Shown: piece by piece, positions 7,224 through 11,646 of the stretch
Layout: each line of letters opens with the position of its first letter
Position numbering within the stretch: position 1 is the stretch's first letter
Source of the DNA: a candidate division WOR-3 bacterium
GTDB taxonomy: Bacteria > Hydrothermota > Tepidihabitantia > SM23-42 > JAOAFX01
Length of the DNA: 11,646 bases
Direction: 5' to 3'
Assembly (NCBI GenBank): GCA_037444665.1
Contig: JBBILZ010000065.1
Coordinates: 1-11,646 of the forward strand
The notes under the pieces: model-generated
The model's input: only the letters and a program-made list of their open reading frames with translations
Databases searched by the model: none
Told to the model about the DNA's origin: nothing
Position numbers and translations under genes: made by a program

Positions 7224-8213
7224 CTATGCTGGACTTTCCAGGTGTAGTATCTTCTTTTTTATCAGGTCAAGTTTCTCACGCAATTTTGCTTCCTCTTTCT
7301 TTTCTGCATCAAGTGCGTTCATAATTTCTTCTCGCTTCTGACTGAGTAAATTGACTTCGTTATTTAATCTATTCTCTTCATTCTTTAAAACTTCAAGCCT
7401 TTTAACCAGTTCGGCTTCAGTCTGTCTGAGTTTTTCTACTGATTGCATTACCGGACTTGATTCATATTCTTTCTTTTTTGCAGCGTATTCAGATTCCAAT
7501 TTTTTTATTTTATTTTCACTTTCAGCAATTTTTTTGTTCAACTCAGTTAGAGAATTTTCTGCTTCGCTTTGTGCTTTCTTCAATTCTTCAATCTTGGGAA
7601 GAAAAACTTCTTCCTGACGAAGATTTATGTCTTCAATCAATCGTGATTCAAGTCCTGAAGCCATCGCGGTCATTATTACAAAGGTGATAATTGCCAGTGC
7701 AATTCCTACTATGAGAACAATTGGATTTGATGATGTTGCAACTTTTATTTCGGGAATTTTAGGTTTTAATTTGATATAGAATTTACCAATGGTTTTGGTT
7801 CCTAAATTGATCGGAAAGCCACTTTCGTACACACCGCCTTTCTCAGTGACTTTATTTAGTTCTGCAGGATTTACCGGTGCATAATCGGTTCCCAATAGAC
7901 TGGCATCAGAAGAGGCAATTACTTTTTTTTCTTCATTGGTAATATTGATTGCTAAAATTTCTGGTTCTGTCTGTTTTAAAGTTGTAACAATTTCAGAAAG
8001 CTTTGCTTCATCATTATCAAGAATTGCATCAGTAACAAATGATACACGGGCGATAAAATTACCAAGGTTCAGAATTCTTTTATTAATCATTTCGCTCACT
8101 GCCTGTTTACCATTTGCAGGTTTCTGGCCCATAAACTGTGGACTGAGATAGAAAAATACTGATAGAATAATAATCAAAATTGCAGGGATTAACCCAAATG
8201 TTACACGGGACAT
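7224..8213 (-). CDS. Hypothetical membrane protein: TM, extracytoplasmic Cache/PDC-like domain, TM, long coiled coil
   Basis: 329 aa. Hydrophobic runs near aa 6-24 and 165-187, an ILAINITNEEKKVIASSD segment between them, and an E/K/L heptad-rich C-terminal ~135 aa. A GGAGG RBS lies inside the end of the upstream gene. Confidence 0.8.
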   Translation of the reverse strand: MSRVTFGLIPAILIIILSVFFYLSPQFMGQKPANGKQAVSEMINKRILNLGNFIARVSFVTDAILDNDEAKLSEIVTTLKQTEPEILAINITNEEKKVIASSDASLLGTDYAPVNPAELNKVTEKGGVYESGFPINLGTKTIGKFYIKLKPKIPEIKVATSSNPIVLIVGIALAIITFVIMTAMASGLESRLIEDINLRQEEVFLPKIEELKKAQSEAENSLTELNKKIAESENKIKKLESEYAAKKKEYESSPVMQSVEKLRQTEAELVKRLEVLKNEENRLNNEVNLLSQKREEIMNALDAEKKEEAKLREKLDLIKKKILHLESPA

Positions 8214-8214
8214 T

Positions 8215-9057
8215 TTAACCTCCTATTCTTATTGTTAATCTATGTGCCTGCCCCAGAGCAAAATATGGGGAATAAGAGTAATTTATTTGTATCTGACCTT
8301 TTTTCACACCAAAGCCGACTATTAGACCTGTAATAAAATCAATACCAGTGTCGGTCTTCATCTGGGAGAGCAGGCTATTATATGAAGCGCGGATGCTGAA
8401 TAATTGATTTACTACATATTCACCACCTATTCTAACGCCAAAATTCATAAAGGTAGAGTGGGCAATGTCCAATCCAATCCAGCCTGAGTAAAAACGGCGT
8501 ACTGCTCCAAGGTTAAGTTCATATGGAAATGATTCGCGCTCATCAATAAACGGTTTAACACTGAACCCAATATTTTTTACTGTAAGTCCAAGTTGAATAT
8601 TCTCCTGGGTCAGGAAATATAAAGCGCCTATATCAGTTCCGAAACCTAGCGAAAATAAAGTATCAATCTGTTCGTATACAAATTTACCTGAAACACCTAA
8701 TATGATATTCCCCATTGTGTAGCCCTTGCCGACATTTAAGTCAATAAAATTTGTGTTAAAATAACCGAATTCCTGACCCAGTGCATCAGTTTTTTTCATC
8801 TTCCCACTATAAAAATATCTGACACCAGCACCCAGCAGAGAACTCTCATAATCAAGATAGCCGAAATGGGTTCCGCCTATATAGTTCAAATATGAGATAG
8901 AATAACTCGGATTTGTATTCAAGACCATTCCTGCAGGATTATAATGGACATTGTGACCATCACCGCACAGGGCATATCCCATACCTACCCTTTCTGCTAC
9001 CGGGTCAACCAATAAGTATTCAAATCCAGTAACTGCCATAATTAGTAGCACTATCAT
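8215..9057 (-). CDS. PorV/PorQ-family (UPF0164-like) outer-membrane beta-barrel protein
   Basis: Short N-terminal hydrophobic signal, FEYLLVDPVAERVGMGYA...HYNPAGM motif, alternating beta-strands (DIGALY, LGLTVKNIG, GGEY, INYSY, HRLTIRIG). AGGAG RBS at 9064-9068. Confidence 0.85.
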   Translation of the reverse strand: MIVLLIMAVTGFEYLLVDPVAERVGMGYALCGDGHNVHYNPAGMVLNTNPSYSISYLNYIGGTHFGYLDYESSLLGAGVRYFYSGKMKKTDALGQEFGYFNTNFIDLNVGKGYTMGNIILGVSGKFVYEQIDTLFSLGFGTDIGALYFLTQENIQLGLTVKNIGFSVKPFIDERESFPYELNLGAVRRFYSGWIGLDIAHSTFMNFGVRIGGEYVVNQLFSIRASYNSLLSQMKTDTGIDFITGLIVGFGVKKGQIQINYSYSPYFALGQAHRLTIRIGG

Positions 9058-9076
9058 TATTTTCTCCTATTTTACA

Positions 9077-9104
9077 ATTATAATAAATTTTAGATAAATG
9101 TCAA
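9077..9104 (-). promoter_or_regulatory. Consensus sigma70 promoter of the porV-smc-ftsY operon
   Basis: Minus strand: TTGACA (9104-9099), 16 bp, TATAAT (9082-9077), just upstream of the RBS and ATG at 9057. Confidence 0.75.
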
Positions 9105-9138
9105 TATGTAAAATACCTGAGTCCTCCTCAGTTTTTTT

Positions 9139-9221
9139 CTCTCCCTTAATGGAGGAGGATTGAGAGCCTGTCCTGAATCCTGGCCTGGCGCCAGGACAAG
9201 CTTATTTCAGGGTGGGGGTGA
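9139..9221. repeat. Nested palindromic mini-elements inside the IS left end
   Basis: Outer CTCTCCCTTAATGGAGGAGGATTGAG...GTGGGGGTGA; middle GCCTGTCCTGAAT...TTATTTCAGG (9166-9211); inner CCTGGCCTGGCGCCAGGACAAGC (9179-9201). Confidence 0.65.
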
Positions 9222-9239
9222 TAAAAGTGTATTTCTCTC

Positions 9240-9267
9240 TTGATTCTTTTTCAATTTGTTTTAAAAT
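9240..9267 (+). promoter_or_regulatory. Putative transposase promoter
   Basis: TTGATT (9240-9245), 16 bp, TAAAAT (9262-9267), then GGAGG (9274-9278) and ATG (9284). Confidence 0.45.
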
Positions 9268-9283
9268 CAGGGCGGAGGCCATA

Positions 9284-10012
9284 ATGAAAAAATCTATCGA
9301 AATTTTCTATAAGACCCATGATTACATCTTACTCGCACCGCTCCATAAAAGTCCACTAAAAACCCTGCAATTAATTACCACGACTTTTATTGACATCCGA
9401 AAACCAATCTTGTGTGAATCGGCGCGACAATTACCGGTAACCACTAAATTCAAAACCAGTTTAATTAGACTCTGACGTTTCTTTGGTAAAAGTAAATTCA
9501 GCCTCATGACAGCTTACACGGGTATTATTCCCTATTTCTTAGAATGGCTTAAGACCAGAAAATATTTAGAAATTCTGGTTGATTGGACGAAAATCGGTAG
9601 GTATTCCGCGCTTTATTTATCGTTGCCTTACAAGAAACGAGCAATTCGCCTATTTTGGCGTGTGGCTGATTATCTTGACGATGAGTCCTGGCAGAATATG
9701 ATTGAACAGGAATGTCTAAAAGCATTTATCAATTTCGTGCCGGAGTATTTGCGGTCAAAGATTGTGATGGTTGCGGATCGGGGATTTGGTAAGGTTGAGT
9801 TTTTTAAATTCTTAAAGGAGATGGAGGTTAATTTTGTGATTCGTGAGAAAGGTGATGTTTGGGTTAAATATGGTAAGTTTTCTGGTTGTTTAAGGCAGGA
9901 GAGGTTCAGTAAGAGAAAGATTCTGTTTCAAAAAATTATGTCCAATTGTAGATTAAAAAGTGAGGAGGACTCAGCCGCTTTGCCCCTTGACAAAATTGGT
10001 TTTTGGAAGTAA
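9284..10012 (+). pseudogene. IS4-family (IS10 group) DDE transposase pseudogene
   Basis: ORFs 9284-9475 and 9506-10012 share one frame and are split by an in-frame TGA at 9473-9475 (LIRL*RFFG). ILVDWT and MVADRGF supply the first two catalytic Asp. The C-terminal half with the YREK Glu is missing, and the frame runs through the right TIR. Confidence 0.88.
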
Positions 10013-10015
10013 AAT
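9987..10015 (+). promoter_or_regulatory. Sigma70-type promoter for the downstream + strand genes
   Basis: TTGACA (9987-9992), 17 bp, TAAAAT (10010-10015). Confidence 0.65.
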
Positions 10016-10152
10016 ATATAAGATAATAAAAAATTATGATAGGGAATTTTCTTAACCATAAGCGACACACACACCAGGAATATTTGTTCTTTTTTGACCG
10101 TCAGACCCAGCACAGGAGGTTTTATGTCTCATAAGAGGCAATATCAGGGCAA

Positions 10153-10184
10153 TCTCCGTAGAACTTCGTTCTACGAGAGCAAGC
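10153..10184 (-). repeat. GCTTG-tagged hairpin element
   Basis: CGTAGAAC-TTC-GTTCTACG (10157-10175), followed by AGAGCAAGC. The CAAGC tail is the same as in the element at 9179-9201. Confidence 0.6.
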
Positions 10185-10203
10185 AAGGGAATGCCAGGGG
10201 TCG

Positions 10204-10230
10204 TGTCATGCTGAATTTATTTCAGCATCT
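10204..10230 (+). repeat. YGTC-tagged REP-like palindrome
   Basis: TGTC-ATGCTGAA-TTTAT-TTCAGCAT-CT. Same layout as CGTC-tagged palindromic repeats. Confidence 0.7.
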
Positions 10231-10320
10231 AATTCTTTTTCACCGGGCAAAGCCCTTGATGATATTCTTTGCCCTAATCATCAGTAGTTTATGCTTTGAG
10301 CAGGGTGAAAATGAGGCATA

Positions 10321-10731
10321 ATGAAAACTGACAAAGGTTTAAAAGTTCACATTTGTGCCGATTATTCTAAAAGTTTATACATGTTTTTTGTTTTCGGCTT
10401 ATCTTTGATAATTCTAATTGGTTGTGACCATACACCTACACATAGAAATGGTGATGAAGAGCCGGCGTGGTCGCCAGACGGACGGTTTATTGCTCTCTAT
10501 CGTGACCCAAACAGAAATCCACCTGTTCCTTTTGGTGAAGAGGATAGTTCAGGAATTTGGATATTGGATTTAGAAACAATGGAGGCTAATTTTTTAATTG
10601 ATGGCGGTTTACCAGATTGGTCGCCAGATGGGAAATGGATAGCCTATATTTATAATAGAAACATTTATAAGATAAATGTTGAGACAAAATAGATTAAGCA
10701 ATTGACAACCTGGGGTTCTTGTTTCTTTTAA
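10321..10731 (+). pseudogene. Truncated TolB-like (PD40 repeat) beta-propeller lipoprotein
   Basis: Lipobox-like LIILIGC and two PD40 motifs (PAWSPDG, PDWSPDG). After the TAG at 10690-10692 the frame continues in family style (IKQLTTWGSCFF) to TAA 10729-10731. Far too short for a full propeller. Confidence 0.8.
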
Positions 10732-10751
10732 AGAAGTCATTAATGCAGAGC

Positions 10752-10970
10752 CTAAACAGCAAAATCTTTGCCCTGCTTTTTACAGATATTTTTGACACCA
10801 TAGGCAAGAGGGTACAATGCTTCAACTGCTTTTGTAAAGACTTCTCCAGCGGGTTTATTTTTGCCTTCAATAGTTAAAAATGGAATTCCACTAAATTCAA
10901 CTATTTCAGGACTCGTTTTTGCTGTGTAGTATGTTTTGTATTCCTTTGTCAGGTCTAATTTTGTTGCCAT
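10752..10970 (-). pseudogene. 3'-truncated GyrI-like small-molecule-binding protein
   Basis: AGGAGG RBS at 10981-10986. MATKLDLTKEYKTYY...PEIV...FLTIEG...AVEALYPLAY...KDFAV matches the N-terminal third of this family and stops where a P-x-LEGLWW motif normally follows. Confidence 0.8.
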
Positions 10971-11031
10971 AATTTTATTACCTCCTTTTTATATAAAAAC
11001 TTTTCTTTTTTAAAGCGGGCTGGGGCATTTC

Positions 11032-11091
11032 ACTTAACGGATTGGCTGAAACCCGCACTATTTCGGCAATAAAATATACCGTCTGTTATGC
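11032..11091 (-). other. attC-like integron cassette recombination site (degenerate or chimeric)
   Basis: Minus strand: GCATAAC 19 bp after the AhpD-like stop, and GTTAAGT (GTTRRRY) closing a 60-bp span ahead of the next gene's RBS. R boxes and adjacent bases are complementary; the L boxes are not. Confidence 0.45.
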
Positions 11092-11110
11092 ACTGGCGGT
11101 TCTTATCCAG

Positions 11111-11646
11111 TCAATAATTGTATCCTGTTCCTTTATCATTTTCTAACTCTACTCCCAATGAAAGCACAATACGATTTACAAAATTAAAATATGCAGTCAC
11201 CAAAACAACATCAAGAATCGCAGCATCACTTAGCCCTATACTTTTTAGTTTTAAAGTAAAATCATTGTTTTCATGTTGCGCTGGATTTAATGTCAAATGT
11301 TTAGCAAATTCGCTTAATGCCATTTCTTTCGCCGAGAGAATTTCAGTTAAACTCCCATTTATCAGTTTTTCAATTTTACTTTCGTTTTTCCAATAATGAT
11401 TTAATGCTTCGGCATGGTGTTTTGTGCAATATTTACATCCATTTGCAATAGAAACAATTGTTCCTATTAGTTCTCGTTCTGCTCTTGAAAGTTCTGAACG
11501 GCTATACATTATTTCCATATATAGTGTCATATGTGCAGTAATGCTATCCGGTCGCAAACTTTGAATTTTATGAACGTTAGCAAGTTTTCCGCGACTTTTA
11601 ACAAGTTCGTTATATATCTCTTTTAACTTCCCTGTCGATTCACTAT
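11111..11646 (-). CDS. Peroxidase-related enzyme, AhpD/carboxymuconolactone decarboxylase family (5' end outside window)
   Basis: Frame is open to the window edge (SESTGKLKEIYNELVKSRGKLANVHKIQSLRP...). LSRAERELIGTIVSIANGCKYCTKHH (CxxC-xxH), AYFNFVNR. Confidence 0.92.
   Translation of the reverse strand, partial: SESTGKLKEIYNELVKSRGKLANVHKIQSLRPDSITAHMTLYMEIMYSRSELSRAERELIGTIVSIANGCKYCTKHHAEALNHYWKNESKIEKLINGSLTEILSAKEMALSEFAKHLTLNPAQHENNDFTLKLKSIGLSDAAILDVVLVTAYFNFVNRIVLSLGVELENDKGTGYNY

Larger units (their letters stand above)
9117..9974 (+). mobile_element. Defective IS4-family (IS10-like) insertion sequence, internally deleted, 858 bp
   Basis: Perfect 14-bp terminal inverted repeats CTGAGTCCTCCTCA (9117-9130) and TGAGGAGGACTCAG (9961-9974), 19/20 when extended. 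CTGA ends as in IS10/IS50. Encloses a DDE transposase remnant. No target duplication seen. Confidence 0.88.
10124..10321 (+). pseudogene. Short ORF, probable remnant of a secreted protein gene, carrying two palindromic elements
   Basis: AGGAGG (10114-10119) precedes ATG 10124. Contains a signal-peptide-like KPLMIFFALIISSLCF, followed by only EQGENEA*. The stop overlaps the next start (TAATG). Confidence 0.45.

Noticed and set aside
7215..7224. ACCTGCCTGC resembling half of another tagged palindrome
   Set aside because: There is no second arm, and it is too short to support.
2136..8151. Short + strand ORFs at 2136, 2224, 5804, 6907, 7351, 7457 and 7936
   Set aside because: All are antisense shadows of well-supported minus-strand genes.
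9322..10113. Minus-strand ORFs 9322-9507 and 9928-10113
   Set aside because: They are antisense to the transposase or span the TIR and promoter, with no coding evidence.
9473..10692. Stop-codon reassignment or readthrough (in-frame TGA at 9473, TAG at 10690)
   Set aside because: TGA ends the AhpD-like gene and TAG ends the 329-aa gene at plausible termini. Both interrupted genes are also truncated, so nonsense mutation is the simpler explanation.
11118..11396. 92-aa + strand ORF
   Set aside because: Antisense shadow of the AhpD-like gene.

Overview
Low-GC bacterial window. Gene content (a T9SS-type C-terminal sorting tail, a PorV-family gene) suggests an FCB-affiliated lineage, possibly candidate phylum WOR-3; this is inference only. 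The core is a minus-strand operon, PorV/PorQ-family protein > two-TM coiled-coil membrane protein > YhaM-like OB-HD nuclease > smc > ftsY, converging on a TVP38/DedA membrane gene that looks leaderless. Both flanks are decayed accessory DNA. The left flank holds a broken secreted-protein gene and about 600 bp of hairpin and short-period repeats, including three tandem TGCAGTATC-[variable stem]-TTGCA units. The right flank holds an internally deleted IS4-family (IS10-like) element with 14-bp TIRs, lying exactly 12 bp from each of two divergent TTGACA boxes. It also holds nested GCYTG-tagged palindromic mini-elements, truncated TolB-like and GyrI-like genes fused tail to tail, an attC-like site, and an AhpD-like gene cut by the window edge. 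No complete novel protein system is evident. The best candidates for something undescribed are the small structured DNA/RNA elements.
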